The translations under genes and the position numbers were made by a program. Below are positions 17,379-28,500 of a DNA stretch of 37,879 nucleotides, piece by piece. Source of the stretch: Candidatus Altiarchaeota archaeon (GTDB taxonomy: Archaea; Altiarchaeota; Altiarchaeia; IMC4; QMZM01); the NCBI GenBank assembly GCA_016931955.1, contig JAFGDV010000023.1, forward strand, positions 1-37,879. The letters are read 5' to 3'. Position 1 is the first letter of the stretch. The number at the start of each line of letters is the position of its first letter. The notes under the pieces were generated by a model. That model saw only the letters and a program-made list of their open reading frames with translations. It ran no database searches and was not told the origin of the DNA.

Positions 17379-18731
17379 ATGCATGATCTGGTCATCATCG
17401 GCGGAGGAGGCGCAGGACTTACTGCAGCCATTAAAGCGAAGAAGACGAACATGGATGCAAGGATTACCTTGATAAATAAGGAGAGTGTGTCGTATTCACC
17501 CTGCTCCCTGCCCTTTGTCATCTCAGGGGAAATAGAAGGCCTTGATAGGATATCCCATGATCTGAGGGAGATATGCAAGGAGGATGAAATAACGTGTGTG
17601 ATAGACACAGTAACATCAATAGACGTGAAAAAGAAGGTCGTCAAAGTCGGGAGCGGAAGAGAGTTCCCCTACACCTCACTCATCATTGCGACAGGAAGCC
17701 TTCCATCTATACCCCCTACTCAAGGGATTGATCTGAAGGGGGTATACACCCTTCAGTGGATTGAGGATGCTCAAGCCATTCTTGAGGAATTGAGGGCGGC
17801 GAAGAATGCCGTCGTTATCGGTGGGGGCTCAGTCGGCTTGGAGATGGCGGAGGCATTCATCAAGAGGGGTATTAAGGTCACCATGATCCAAAGATCCGGG
17901 CACGTCTTGAGGAGGTCTCTGGATCCGGAGTTTTCAAAGATGGTCGAAGACGAGCTCATGAGGAATGGAGTGGAGATCCTCTTCAACACCCCTGTGAAGG
18001 AGATCCGGGGGGAAGGGGGCCATGTGAATGCTGTTGTCACACCCAATGGTGAGATACCTGCAGACATCGTCTTGTTTGGCGTCGGAGCCGTGCCCAATGT
18101 TGAACTGGCTAGGAATGCTGGAATAAAGGTCGACGAGGGGGGCATAGATACCGACGACTTGATGCAGACGAATATTGATGACGTGTACGCGGCAGGGGAC
18201 TGCGTGGACTCTATGTCGATCGTTACCGGGAAACTGATGCTCAGCCAACTCGGCACTACTGCGATCAGGCAGGGCACGGTTGCTGGCATGAATGCTGTTG
18301 GGGGCTATGTGACCTTTGAAGGCGTCTTGAATTCGATGGTCTTGAAGCTCTTCGACTTGGAGGTAGGTAGAACAGGTCTTACTGTTAAGGATGCTGAGGC
18401 AGAGGGCATAAAAGTCGTCATAGGAACGGCTGTTGGGAAGACGAAGGCGGAGTACTTTCCAGGCGCAAAAGATGTCAAGATAAAGCTGGTTTTTAATGCT
18501 TTGAATAGAAGATTGATCGGGGCGCAGATAGCTGGCGCAGAAGGTGTTGCAGGGAAGATAGACTTGCTCGCCTTTGCGATAGCCAACAATGCCGAAATAG
18601 TTGATTTGATGAAGCTTAAGTATTGCTATACCCCCCCAATCACTCCATCACATAACCTGATAGTTCTTGCGGCGGAGAACGCATTCAAGAAACTCAGAAG
18701 GTTTATAGAGGTTAGAAAGAGGAGGTTTTAG
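17379..18731 (+). CDS. CoA-disulfide reductase / NADH oxidase family flavoprotein
   Basis: GGGGAG, SYSPCSLP single redox Cys, ATG, GGGSVG, YAAGD, C-terminal YTPP. Confidence 0.9.
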   Translation: MHDLVIIGGGGAGLTAAIKAKKTNMDARITLINKESVSYSPCSLPFVISGEIEGLDRISHDLREICKEDEITCVIDTVTSIDVKKKVVKVGSGREFPYTSLIIATGSLPSIPPTQGIDLKGVYTLQWIEDAQAILEELRAAKNAVVIGGGSVGLEMAEAFIKRGIKVTMIQRSGHVLRRSLDPEFSKMVEDELMRNGVEILFNTPVKEIRGEGGHVNAVVTPNGEIPADIVLFGVGAVPNVELARNAGIKVDEGGIDTDDLMQTNIDDVYAAGDCVDSMSIVTGKLMLSQLGTTAIRQGTVAGMNAVGGYVTFEGVLNSMVLKLFDLEVGRTGLTVKDAEAEGIKVVIGTAVGKTKAEYFPGAKDVKIKLVFNALNRRLIGAQIAGAEGVAGKIDLLAFAIANNAEIVDLMKLKYCYTPPITPSHNLIVLAAENAFKKLRRFIEVRKRRF

Positions 18732-18732
18732 G

Positions 18733-19185
18733 TTACTTGACGTTAAGGTAGACGTCGTCTTCTACGTGTCCTCCGCTGTATGTCACAGTAACGTCTACGC
18801 GGTAGGTTCCAGGGTATGTTGCATTAGCCTTCAGGTCGAAGTTGAGTTTCATGCTCTCCCCAGCTCCCAACTCAGCCGCTTTTTCAGTCTCCTGTTCCCG
18901 TTCGTCTCGGAATAATAGGGCGGGGTTCCTCGTCTTAAGCTTGACATATATGTTGAGATCATCTGTTCCCCTGTTTCGCAGATCAACCCAGAGTGTGCTC
19001 TCCCCTGTTAGCTCAACCTCGCCGGGCTCGGTGTAGGCGTTTATACACAACCCATTAGAGCATCTATAATCTGGTGTGAATGGGTTGAAGAAGGATATGG
19101 CCATGAAGATGAATATGACCACAGCTATCATGCTTATGACCACATTCCATCTTATCCTTGATATAAGGTCTTTGACTAGTTTCAA
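18733..19185 (-). CDS. membrane-anchored protein with a single Ig-like domain
   Basis: N-terminal TM helix; VDLRNRG...LGAGES...PGTYRVDVTV beta-sandwich pattern. Confidence 0.7.
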   Translation of the reverse strand: MKLVKDLISRIRWNVVISMIAVVIFIFMAISFFNPFTPDYRCSNGLCINAYTEPGEVELTGESTLWVDLRNRGTDDLNIYVKLKTRNPALLFRDEREQETEKAAELGAGESMKLNFDLKANATYPGTYRVDVTVTYSGGHVEDDVYLNVK

Positions 19186-19223
19186 TTTGATTACTAAATA
19201 TTCTGAAACAGTGTATAAATAAT

Positions 19224-20474
19224 CTAACGATGTATTATGTCTTCTATGACAGATTTTATCTTGTCTAATATGATGTCTTCCCCGTCCACCTTCCTGTCTT
19301 CCATCAGGATCTTTCCGTCACATATGGCCGTATCTATGCATGAGCAGTTTGCGGAATAGACCACGTCTGAGACCCGATTATGTCCTGGAGAAAGCTCAGG
19401 TTTCTTCAAGTCTATGAGTATCATGTCAGCAAGCCCATCTTCTCTGATGTCCCCAATATTGAGTCCAAGGGCTCTGCCCCCGTTCAAGGTCGCCGCCTCT
19501 AGGGCCTCTCCAGCCGGCATAACCGTGGGATCCATTGTAGAGTATTTGTGTATCAATGCAGCGGTCCTCATCTCCTCCAACATATCTAAGTTGTTGTTTG
19601 AGGCGCATCCGTCGGTTCCGATGGATATGATCAATCCAGCTTTTTTCATCTCCTGGTAGGGCATAATACCGGAGGCAAGCTTTAAGTTGGATGTTGGATT
19701 ATGTGATATCCTGACTTTGTGTGATGCGAGGGTCTTGATTTCCTTGGGTGTGAGCCATATGGAGTGCGCAGCTATCAGCCTATCCGAGAGGAAACCGATG
19801 TCTTCCAGGAAAGGAACCGGTCTCTTTCCGTGCATTTTTTTGCAGTCTGTGTTTTCTTTCTCCGTCTCTGCGAGATGGAAGTGTATCAGCAGTTCTTCTT
19901 TGTCTGCTGTCTCCTTAACCCACTGCAGGCTTTCCTTTGACATAGTATATACTGCATGCGGCCCCAATGCAGCCTTTACTCTGTCGTTTTTCATCTCCTT
20001 GACGTAGTCTATGAATTCTAGAGTGTTCTTCTTCATCTGCTCAGCCTGGTCTTCCCTGAATAGGTCGATGTATGATTCTGCTAGGACCGCCCTCAAACCC
20101 ATCTCTTCCGCTGCCTTCGCCGTTCCCTTCATATGCCAGTACATGTCGTTGAAGCACGTGGTCCCCGTCTTTATCATCTCCAAGCATGCTAGTTTAGAGC
20201 CCCAGTAGACGTCTTCCTCTGTTAGTTTAGCCTCAAGCGGCCATATCTTTTCCTGCAGCCACTCATGCAGTCGCATATCGTCCGCGTAACCCCTCAACAA
20301 CGTCATCGCAGAATGAGTGTGCGTGTTAACGAAACCCGGGAAAGCAGCCTTGTCTCTGCCGTCTATGACATGCTCAGCCTCAACTTTCTCCCCGATCTCT
20401 ACAATCCGGTTCCCCTCAATATAGATGTCTGTTTCATTACCACCTAAAAGCACGTCCTTGATCAGTATGCTCAT
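19224..20474 (-). CDS. mtaD: 5'-methylthioadenosine/SAH (5'-deoxyadenosine) deaminase, amidohydrolase family
   Basis: NTHTH, LRGYADD, HFHLAET, AAHS, GTDGCASNN; coupled to the MTA/MTI phosphorylase. Confidence 0.85.
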   Translation of the reverse strand: MSILIKDVLLGGNETDIYIEGNRIVEIGEKVEAEHVIDGRDKAAFPGFVNTHTHSAMTLLRGYADDMRLHEWLQEKIWPLEAKLTEEDVYWGSKLACLEMIKTGTTCFNDMYWHMKGTAKAAEEMGLRAVLAESYIDLFREDQAEQMKKNTLEFIDYVKEMKNDRVKAALGPHAVYTMSKESLQWVKETADKEELLIHFHLAETEKENTDCKKMHGKRPVPFLEDIGFLSDRLIAAHSIWLTPKEIKTLASHKVRISHNPTSNLKLASGIMPYQEMKKAGLIISIGTDGCASNNNLDMLEEMRTAALIHKYSTMDPTVMPAGEALEAATLNGGRALGLNIGDIREDGLADMILIDLKKPELSPGHNRVSDVVYSANCSCIDTAICDGKILMEDRKVDGEDIILDKIKSVIEDIIHR

Positions 20475-21166
20475 CCCAGCTCCTCTATTGTTGTTTTAAG
20501 CAGTTTCTTGATTCTTTCAGTATTTCTTAGCGCGTCTTTCATGATCTCTTCGAAGTCCAGTTCCTCCTCCCTTATGCCGTGGGCGTAGTTGTCTACTGTG
20601 CAGATGCATGCGTATGGTATATCCAACTCCTTCGCCAGCGTCGCCTCAGAAGCCATCGTCATCCCCACGACGTCGGCGTAATCCTTGAAGAATCTTATCT
20701 CCGCCTTTGTCTCAAGCCGAGGGCCAATGGTCTGCGCATAGACCCCTTTCTCGATTACATCTATACCCGCTTTTCTCGCAGCGTTTATCATCGTCTCCCT
20801 GAGGAATTCATCCAAGCCAGGAGTGATGTGTTTTCTTTCATCATCAAAGAAGCTTTCTATCCCCCAGGGATTCAAGTAGTCGTCTGGTATGAGGATGCTT
20901 CCTGGCTTTATCTCCTTCTTCAGGCTGCCAGAGCAACCTACGCCGATTATTTTTTCGGCTCCGAGATCCCCTAGCGCCATGATGTTGGCTTTGTGGTTTA
21001 TCATGTGTGGCGGGATCTTCCTGTCTCGTCCGTGCCTCGGCAGGAATATAACTTCTTTGTCGACTAATAGGTAGGTTTTCCCATACCTGTTTCCAACAAC
21101 CGTTGGCTTCAAGTCCCCGAAGAAGTCTGCTTCTGAAAGCCCCGTCCCACCTACTACGGCAATCAT
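20471..21166 (-). CDS. MTAP-family purine nucleoside phosphorylase (probably methylthioinosine)
   Basis: GGTG, PRHG, GPRLETKAE, VVGMT, TVDNYA. Confidence 0.88.
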   Translation of the reverse strand: MIAVVGGTGLSEADFFGDLKPTVVGNRYGKTYLLVDKEVIFLPRHGRDRKIPPHMINHKANIMALGDLGAEKIIGVGCSGSLKKEIKPGSILIPDDYLNPWGIESFFDDERKHITPGLDEFLRETMINAARKAGIDVIEKGVYAQTIGPRLETKAEIRFFKDYADVVGMTMASEATLAKELDIPYACICTVDNYAHGIREEELDFEEIMKDALRNTERIKKLLKTTIEELG

Positions 21167-21195
21167 GTTATTATTTTACCAAAAACATTAATTAA

Positions 21196-21819
21196 GTGAT
21201 GAAAGAATTCAGCTGTGATCTGCGCTCTTGGGATAATATGCGTGCTCTATCGGAGAAGGTTGCAGGAAAGATCATTGAGTTAGGTTACAGGCCTGACGTG
21301 ATCGTCGGCATTCTTCGGGGGGGTCTTGTTCCCGCTATGAACCTCTCCGATCTTCTTGGAATCTATAATATCCTAACTGTCAGAGTAAGGCACTGGGGCG
21401 TAACAGCCACCAAGGATGGGAGGGCAGTTTTGGATGTTCCCTTAAACCAAGACCTCTCAGGCAAGAAGATACTCTTGGTGGATGATCTAACCGATACCGG
21501 AGAAAGCTTTATGGTCTCCTTAGAGCATATCAAGACATTGAATCCAGCAGACGTTAAGACCGCTGCTTTAATCCATAAGTCCTCCTCCTCCATGAAGCCT
21601 GACTTCTACGCCGAAGAGGCCAAGGAATGGAAGTGGATCATCCTCCCTTGGAATCTCACCGAAGACCTCTGTAATCTAGTCAGGAAGGTCATGGGAGAAC
21701 AGAAGGTTAAGGATGTTTCTGGGATAAGGACTGCACTGAAGCAATCATTTGATCTGGCGGTGAGCGATGAGGGCATAGAAAAAATACTGGAGGAACTGAG
21801 GAGGAGGGGTCTTTACTGA
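21196..21819 (+). CDS. purine phosphoribosyltransferase (Gpt/Hpt-like)
   Basis: ILRGGLVPA, LLVDDLTDTGES PRPP motif, WIILPW. Confidence 0.88.
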   Translation: MMKEFSCDLRSWDNMRALSEKVAGKIIELGYRPDVIVGILRGGLVPAMNLSDLLGIYNILTVRVRHWGVTATKDGRAVLDVPLNQDLSGKKILLVDDLTDTGESFMVSLEHIKTLNPADVKTAALIHKSSSSMKPDFYAEEAKEWKWIILPWNLTEDLCNLVRKVMGEQKVKDVSGIRTALKQSFDLAVSDEGIEKILEELRRRGLY

Positions 21820-22271
21820 GTGACCACTTCCAGGTATACCTCAAAATCGCCCTCACCCAGTTCAGGATCCTTAAGCAAGCTATAGGTAAAGTTCTCCCAG
21901 AATCTGCCTGAATCATAGACATGGTCTCTGCGCATTTTTTTGATGGTATCCATTGATCTGCCTGTTTCCTGGAGCCTCCAGTTCAATTCATTCTTGTGTT
22001 CTCTGAGCAGATTCAGCAGGTCCTCTGCTATCAAATCGTCTGCTTCGATCATCTTGCCTTCTGGGTAGAGGACGATGGCATAGCATTCAAGTATCTCTAT
22101 GCCCATTAATTCGTCTATGAGTTTTTCTGTGACTCCGTCTAGGAGCTTGTATTTTAGTGCATGGGGTCTGACTTCTTTTTCCCATCTCTTGATCTGGTGG
22201 TAGTCTTCGAAGCTGTCCAAGTCCTGAACAGGATCCTTCCGGGTGGTCACGAACAGGTGGATTGAGTTCAT
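21813..22271 (-). CDS. hypothetical protein
   Basis: 152-aa acidic ORF with a TATA-like element upstream. Confidence 0.65.
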   Translation of the reverse strand: MNSIHLFVTTRKDPVQDLDSFEDYHQIKRWEKEVRPHALKYKLLDGVTEKLIDELMGIEILECYAIVLYPEGKMIEADDLIAEDLLNLLREHKNELNWRLQETGRSMDTIKKMRRDHVYDSGRFWENFTYSLLKDPELGEGDFEVYLEVVTQ

Positions 22272-22303
22272 GTTTAATATCTTATTGATTTACTTATATA
22301 AAC

Positions 22304-23143
22304 CTATCTGTAGTCTGTCATATCTATTGTGTATTCTTCCTCCCCGGTGTGTTTGATCACGACGAACCTTATCTCCCGGTCCCTTAATTCTCCGTAGTCC
22401 TTGAAGACGTAGGTGTTTACTGCGAAGTAGGGGGGTGAACCCGGCCAGTAAGCTGTCGTCTCGGGTGAATCATCCGTTATCGTCTCTATTGGATGGATGA
22501 CTTCGCCCCTCAGCTTTATCACAGCCGCTATGTCGTCTGCGAAATCCTTTGAGTTGCCGTAGAGTTTCACCCTGAACTCTATCTCTCTCCGTGTCGTGAT
22601 TTCATAGATCTCCTCATCGCTTAGTTTCCTGTATTCTCTGGCCTTTGACGCCGCCCTCAGGGCCAGGTTCAGGTATGGCGTGTATACTATGATGTGTTCG
22701 TAGCCTACTGTGTAGTTGGGGTACGAGTATTCACTGAGGATATTCGCCAGATCAAACCGATTCTCTTCACCCCAGTTTATGGCTTCGTCGATTTCTTTTT
22801 CGGTGAGCCACCTCTCCAGGATGGGGATGGTTGTCGTAGTCGTTGTCCTGCAGACGAACTCGCACAGGCACGTTGTCTGATTGATTCCACAGTATTCTAC
22901 CGGTCTTGGATCGCATTGTTGCTGACAATATGTCTGGCAGTTGTCTTCAGTCCAAGGACATGGTTTTGTCGTAGTAGTTGTAGTGGTCGTCGTGGTTTCC
23001 TTGATCATGGTTGTTGGAGGGCAGTCCACTATGTCCGTCACTATTGTGCCGTCCCAGCACTGGTATTCTAGTTTAGGTTCTGATTGGCTGACACATCCGC
23101 AGAATAACGTGATAGAGAGTAAGAGGATTGTTTGCGCCCTCAT
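22304..23143 (-). CDS. lipoprotein with Thr-rich linkers and small Cys modules
   Basis: LFCGC lipobox, CWDG...CP, poly-Thr tracts, globular C-terminus. Confidence 0.8.
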   Translation of the reverse strand: MRAQTILLLSITLFCGCVSQSEPKLEYQCWDGTIVTDIVDCPPTTMIKETTTTTTTTTTKPCPWTEDNCQTYCQQQCDPRPVEYCGINQTTCLCEFVCRTTTTTTIPILERWLTEKEIDEAINWGEENRFDLANILSEYSYPNYTVGYEHIIVYTPYLNLALRAASKAREYRKLSDEEIYEITTRREIEFRVKLYGNSKDFADDIAAVIKLRGEVIHPIETITDDSPETTAYWPGSPPYFAVNTYVFKDYGELRDREIRFVVIKHTGEEEYTIDMTDYR

Positions 23144-23209
23144 ATTATCCCTTTTATCCTTCTGCTATAAATACTTCAGGTTTTTTTATACCTAAGTGAA
23201 ATACTTTAT

Positions 23210-24607
23210 ATGAGTGGGCTTTTTGGGGTCGTCTGCAGAGGCGACTGCTCTAGTAGTCTATTTCTCGGCACAGACTACCACTCCCACCTAGGAACACAAT
23301 ACGGCGGCTTGGCTGTTTATTCCGGCGACTCCATAAAAAAGAAGATCCACGACATCAGCAGAAGCCAGTTCAAGTCCAAGTTCTTCGACGACATACAGCT
23401 GATGAAGGGCAACTCAGGCATCGGTGTCATAAGCAATAAATACGCTCAACCCCTCGTCTTCCAGTCCCAGCTGGGGTCCTTTGCCATATGCACCGACGGC
23501 TTGATCGAGAACGAAGACGAGCTCATAGCTGAATTGATCTCGGACGGCATATTCTTCAACGAACTCAGCAATGGCTCAACCAACGCGACTGAATTGGTTG
23601 CTAGATTGATCTGCCAAAAGGATTCAATAGTTGAAGGGATCGCCTACATGTTCAAAAAGATTGAAGGTTCTATATCCCTGCTCTTGTTGAATAAAGAAGG
23701 CGTATATGCTGCGAGAGACCGCCATGGTCATTCATCCCTCGTAGTAGGTATTGGCGAAGATAAGTGCGCAGTAGCCTCCGAATCATGTTCCTTCCCGAAC
23801 CTTGGGTTGGATTCTGTTAAATTCCTCGGACCCGGAGAAGTGGTCTTGTTGAAGTCTGACAGCTTTGAGTCCCTGAAATCTAATGGGGAGCTTAACAGGG
23901 TCTGCGCTTTTCTCTGGATCTATACTGGATTCCCTGCTTCAAGCTATGAGGGGAAGAACGTGGAATTCGTCAGGGAACGCTGTGGCATGGCTATTGCGGA
24001 AAAAGATGATGTGGAAGCCGACATGGTGGCGGGCGTCCCGGATTCTGGGACGGCGCACGCAGTCGGCTATGCCATGACGTCCGGAATCCCCTATAGGAGG
24101 CCGCTCGTCAAATACACTCCCGGATACGGGCGCAGCTATATTCCGCCTTCTCAGGAGATAAGGGACCAGGTAGCCTTTATGAAGCTTATACCAAGCGTTG
24201 ACTTGATAAGGGACAAACGCATAGTCTTGTGTGAGGATTCCATCGTCAGGGGGACTCAGTTGAGGAATTACACCCTAAAGAAATTGTTCGACGCCGGCGC
24301 CAAGGAAGTCCATGTGAGACCTGCCTGTCCCCCTCTCCTCTTTCCCTGCAAGTTCAACATCTCTACCAGGACTAGGGACGAGCTTATCGCGCGGAGGGCG
24401 ATCAAGTCCCTGGAAGGCAGAGATCTTGAGGACATCAGTGAATACCTTGATCCTAGTTCTGAGAAATACGGGAAGATGGTGGAGTGGATCAGGGAGGACA
24501 TAGGAGCCACTTCTCTGAGATATATCTCAGTCGAAGACATGGTGGAGGCCATCGGTCTTCCAAGGAATGAACTATGCCTCTACTGTTGGACTGGAAGATT
24601 TCATTAA
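23210..24607 (+). CDS. purF: amidophosphoribosyltransferase homologue lacking the catalytic Cys1
   Basis: GVPDSG, EDSIVRGTQ, RPACPP..FPC, CLYCW; N-terminus MSGLFG instead of MCG. Confidence 0.85.
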   Translation: MSGLFGVVCRGDCSSSLFLGTDYHSHLGTQYGGLAVYSGDSIKKKIHDISRSQFKSKFFDDIQLMKGNSGIGVISNKYAQPLVFQSQLGSFAICTDGLIENEDELIAELISDGIFFNELSNGSTNATELVARLICQKDSIVEGIAYMFKKIEGSISLLLLNKEGVYAARDRHGHSSLVVGIGEDKCAVASESCSFPNLGLDSVKFLGPGEVVLLKSDSFESLKSNGELNRVCAFLWIYTGFPASSYEGKNVEFVRERCGMAIAEKDDVEADMVAGVPDSGTAHAVGYAMTSGIPYRRPLVKYTPGYGRSYIPPSQEIRDQVAFMKLIPSVDLIRDKRIVLCEDSIVRGTQLRNYTLKKLFDAGAKEVHVRPACPPLLFPCKFNISTRTRDELIARRAIKSLEGRDLEDISEYLDPSSEKYGKMVEWIREDIGATSLRYISVEDMVEAIGLPRNELCLYCWTGRFH

Positions 24608-24631
24608 TTTTAATCCCTCCTATATTATATC

Positions 24632-25483
24632 ATGGACCTCAGCAATATCGGAGTCTTCGATATTTTATGGATTCTGTTCATTCTCTTGTTCCTGATTCCC
24701 TTGATCCGGAAGAAGTTCACGGACGCTGCAAGATTCGCATTAATCCGGAGTATTGAGCGGGCTAGGAAGTCTCGGGTTATCACGATGATCCACCGCCAGG
24801 AGGGTCTCAGCTTTCTTGGAGTCTCCCTCAGCTACATCAATATTGAAGACTCTGAGAGGATTCTCAGAGCTATCCGTTTGACTCCTGATGATGTTCCAAT
24901 AGACTTGATACTGCACACCCCTGGCGGCATTGTTCTTGCCGCGACTCAGATTGCTCTCGCATTGAAGAAGCACCCGGCTGAGGTCCGCGTTATTGTCCCC
25001 CACTATGCCATGTCCGGCGGCACCCTCATAGCCTTAGCAGCCGACAGGATCATCATGGACGAGAACGCCGTCTTGGGTCCGGTGGATCCTCAACTGATGG
25101 TGTTCATGAAGTCTTATCCTGCTGCTTCTCTGTTGACTGTCTCTCAGCTGAAGGAGCCTAAGGACATGGACGACGAGACATTGATCTACATCGATGTGGC
25201 CAGGAAGGCTCTCTCTCAGACCAAAAAATTGGTGTGTTCTCTCCTAAGCAGCAGACTGGAAGCTAACGAGGTCGAGTTCATCTGCGAGAAACTGACGGAG
25301 GGCGTGTGGACCCATGATCATCCTCTCACTGTCGAGGATCTTAGGGGGATGAATCTTCCAGTGGAAACGAAGGTCCCAGTGGAGGTATACTATTTGATGA
25401 GCCACTACCCTCAGCCTACGAGGCTCACTCCTTCAGTGGAATACATCCCTGCACCGTATAAGAAGGAACCTAAAGTAAAGTAG
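24632..25483 (+). CDS. ClpP-class serine protease (SDH_sah/DUF114)
   Basis: LILHTPGG, YAMSGGTLIALAAD, LGPVDPQ, WTHDHP; N-terminal TM helix. Confidence 0.9.
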   Translation: MDLSNIGVFDILWILFILLFLIPLIRKKFTDAARFALIRSIERARKSRVITMIHRQEGLSFLGVSLSYINIEDSERILRAIRLTPDDVPIDLILHTPGGIVLAATQIALALKKHPAEVRVIVPHYAMSGGTLIALAADRIIMDENAVLGPVDPQLMVFMKSYPAASLLTVSQLKEPKDMDDETLIYIDVARKALSQTKKLVCSLLSSRLEANEVEFICEKLTEGVWTHDHPLTVEDLRGMNLPVETKVPVEVYYLMSHYPQPTRLTPSVEYIPAPYKKEPKVK

Positions 25484-25541
25484 GGCTTTTTAAAGAACCA
25501 AGTCTATAGATAATTCTATATCTACTGTAGGTGGTTGGCTT

Positions 25542-28500
25542 ATGAACCTTAAGCAGAGAATCTTGGCTGTGTTGGTCTTTTTTATATTATGCTCTGGACT
25601 TACTGTGGCGGATTATGGTCGAATCTTATCTGTCCAAGAGAATTCTGGCAGAGATCTCTCGGATTATCAGGTTTTGGTTAATCTTTCAGGGGATGATTTC
25701 CCTGTTGAGTCAGCAGCAGGCGGTTCTGATATACGCTTCTACGATATGTATGGCCTTATGCTGCCTTACTGGATTGAGTCTTTTGATCCCTCCTCGCCTG
25801 AGGCGCTTATCTGGGTCAGGGTGCCTTTTATCCCTGCTAATGAGACAGCAGCTCTCTTGGTTTCTTGGGGGGAGCCTTCTCTGCCTGCGGTGAGCAATGC
25901 TTCCGCCGTCTTTGAGTGCTTTGACGACTTTGAGTCAGGCAGCTTAGGGAACTGGCAGGTTGTCGCAGCTAGTTGGTCTATCATCAATGAATCAGGTAAC
26001 TTGGTTATTAGGGGTAGTGGGGGTTCGAACACCCATCATGGCTTGGCTTGGAAGGGATTTGTTCCCTTAGCGCCTGGGATTGAGGTGAAAGCGAGGGTTA
26101 AAAACATCGACCCATATAGTTCTAGTCCTGGTAGGGTGGATCCTGGCATCTATTGGGGTTATACTTCTCTTGCAGGTTCCGCACTCCCTGGTTATGCTGC
26201 TAACTCAGATAACAGGTATCATAGGCTTCGCGTTGTCAGGTCTACGGGTTCTGAGACCATCCTTGATTCTCAATACATATCCTCTATGAGTTCTTCAAAA
26301 TACTATACCTACATCCTTCGTGTACAGGATGATGGTTCTCTCTCTGGCATGATACTTGACGGCGATTCTGTGATATATTCTACGAATGCTGTTGACCTTA
26401 CCTATGTGAGCTCAGCAAACCATCCTGGCCTATTTGCCGACTTCGACGGCAAAGCAGGTTACTGGGATGATTTCGTGGTTAGAAAATATACATATCCTGA
26501 GCCGAATGTATCAATAAGCGAGCTTCCCGTACCTAGGCTTTTTGGGTTCTCTGACAACTTCAGCAGTGATTCTGGTATGTGGACGTATGTGGGCAGCGCC
26601 TATCGTGATGCAACGAACGAGTATGTGGTTCTCACGACAAATGGAGGCGGCCAGGTCGGCGTCGTCTGGCTGAAGGAGAATATTTCGTCGAATTTTTCTG
26701 TTGACTTCAGGTATTTGATCACCTACTGTGGGTTTTATAGGGGGGATGGTATGGTTTTCATGTTTTATAAGGACCGCAATTATGTGCCTGGCAGTGGAGG
26801 GGCTCTTGGGTTCATCGGCTCCCCTTCAGTTGTTCCAGGCTATGGCGTCGAATTCCAGACTTGGCTGAGCAATCATGTTTCCTTGATTAAGGACAGCGTC
26901 GACAACCATCTAAAGTCCGTCGGCGGCTCGTGCTACTGTGATGGAGTGTGGCATAATGTTTCAGTCAGAGTCAACGATTCCGGTGTCTCAGTCTTCCGTG
27001 ATGGCGCCTTCCTGTTATCTTGGAGTGGTACTATGAATCGTTCCTTTGGTGGCTTCGGTTTTTCGGCCGCCACTGGTATGGCTGTAGAATACCATATCAT
27101 CGACGACTTCAGGATAACTGCGGGTCATTCGCCTTCTCCTCCTGAACCAGGGCCGGCATTCAATTTCTCCATCTCTGATAACCAGACCACGTCTGTCGGC
27201 GGAGACGCAGTTTATGCGTTAACTCTGAGCAACCCGAACATGTTTCCATTAATTCTTAATCTGAGCGTCTCCGGCCTTGATGCAGGCTGGTTTACTCTGA
27301 GCGATGAGTCTGTGCTTCTGGTCGCCGGTGAAACACGTGATGTCTTGTTGTATGTGTCCGTCCCCGAAGACTGTGGCGCTGCCGGAGTCCGTCTCTTTAG
27401 TGTTTCTGCAGGCGGAAAGTCTGTTGATTCTGTTTTATTCGTCGATTCTGCGCCCATAATCTCTGATCTGATACCTCATAACTACTCTACTCTGAGCTCT
27501 AATGATGTCTTGTTTTCCTGGAAGACGTCTGTGAACTCCTCCACAGAGTTGTTCCTTAAAGAGGAATCTGAGCCTGATTTTTCATCCCTTGTGGGCGTTA
27601 ATGGATTAGATCATGTTGTGCTTGCATCTAATCTTACCAGGAATATGCTCTACTCTTGGTATGTGCGCAGCTATTCTGTCTGCGGCTGCTCTAACTCCTC
27701 TGAGAGAGTCTTCTACGTAGACAACGGCGTCGTATTCACTCAGGATGATTACTTCTTTAATGTTGAGCGGGACTATAACCAGTATGTTATCCTCTCTGTC
27801 AGAAACCTGGATTCTGAGTCTCATACCTTATTAGTTCAGGCCATGAACCCCTACGATGACCTTATTGTGGGCTTCGTCGGTAATGGTTCACTTGACCAGA
27901 ACCTCGGCCTTGATCCGGGTGAATCCGCTGACATGCATTTCATGGTCCATGCTCAGGATGCGATGCTTGAAGACTATTCTCTCCTTGTTAATCTCACAAA
28001 CCTTGGCGTGGAGAACATCTCAGACTATGCCGTAGTCCACGTCCATGTCCGCCGTCCCAACATCAATTTCACGTTAACTGAGCTTAGTGTGAATCCAGTG
28101 ACCTTGGCGAAGACTTATAAGATAACTAACTACGGGGATCCGATAACAGACCTCAAGGTGTCTGCGGATGATAGTCTTTCCGCTGGTCTTTTGTTTAATC
28201 CTGTTATAAACCACGGCAACCTCCGTAGCGGTAATTCAGTCGAATTTGAAGCCATCCCCGTCCTCTTTGAGAATTTCACGGGCATTGTGGGCGAGATCAG
28301 GGTTCAGGGGTTGGATTCTGTTGTGGTGGGGGGCGCTAACTTTACTCTGCCTCCAGGCAAGCAGGTCTATCTGGGTAAGGTGTATAATCCTCAGTTGTGC
28401 ATTCAACTGGAGGACTGGTATTGCAGTAACCGCCCTAATGTCGACATATACTTTGATATTCCTGCGGGGTACTTTGCGGATAATTCTCAGAGCGGCACCC

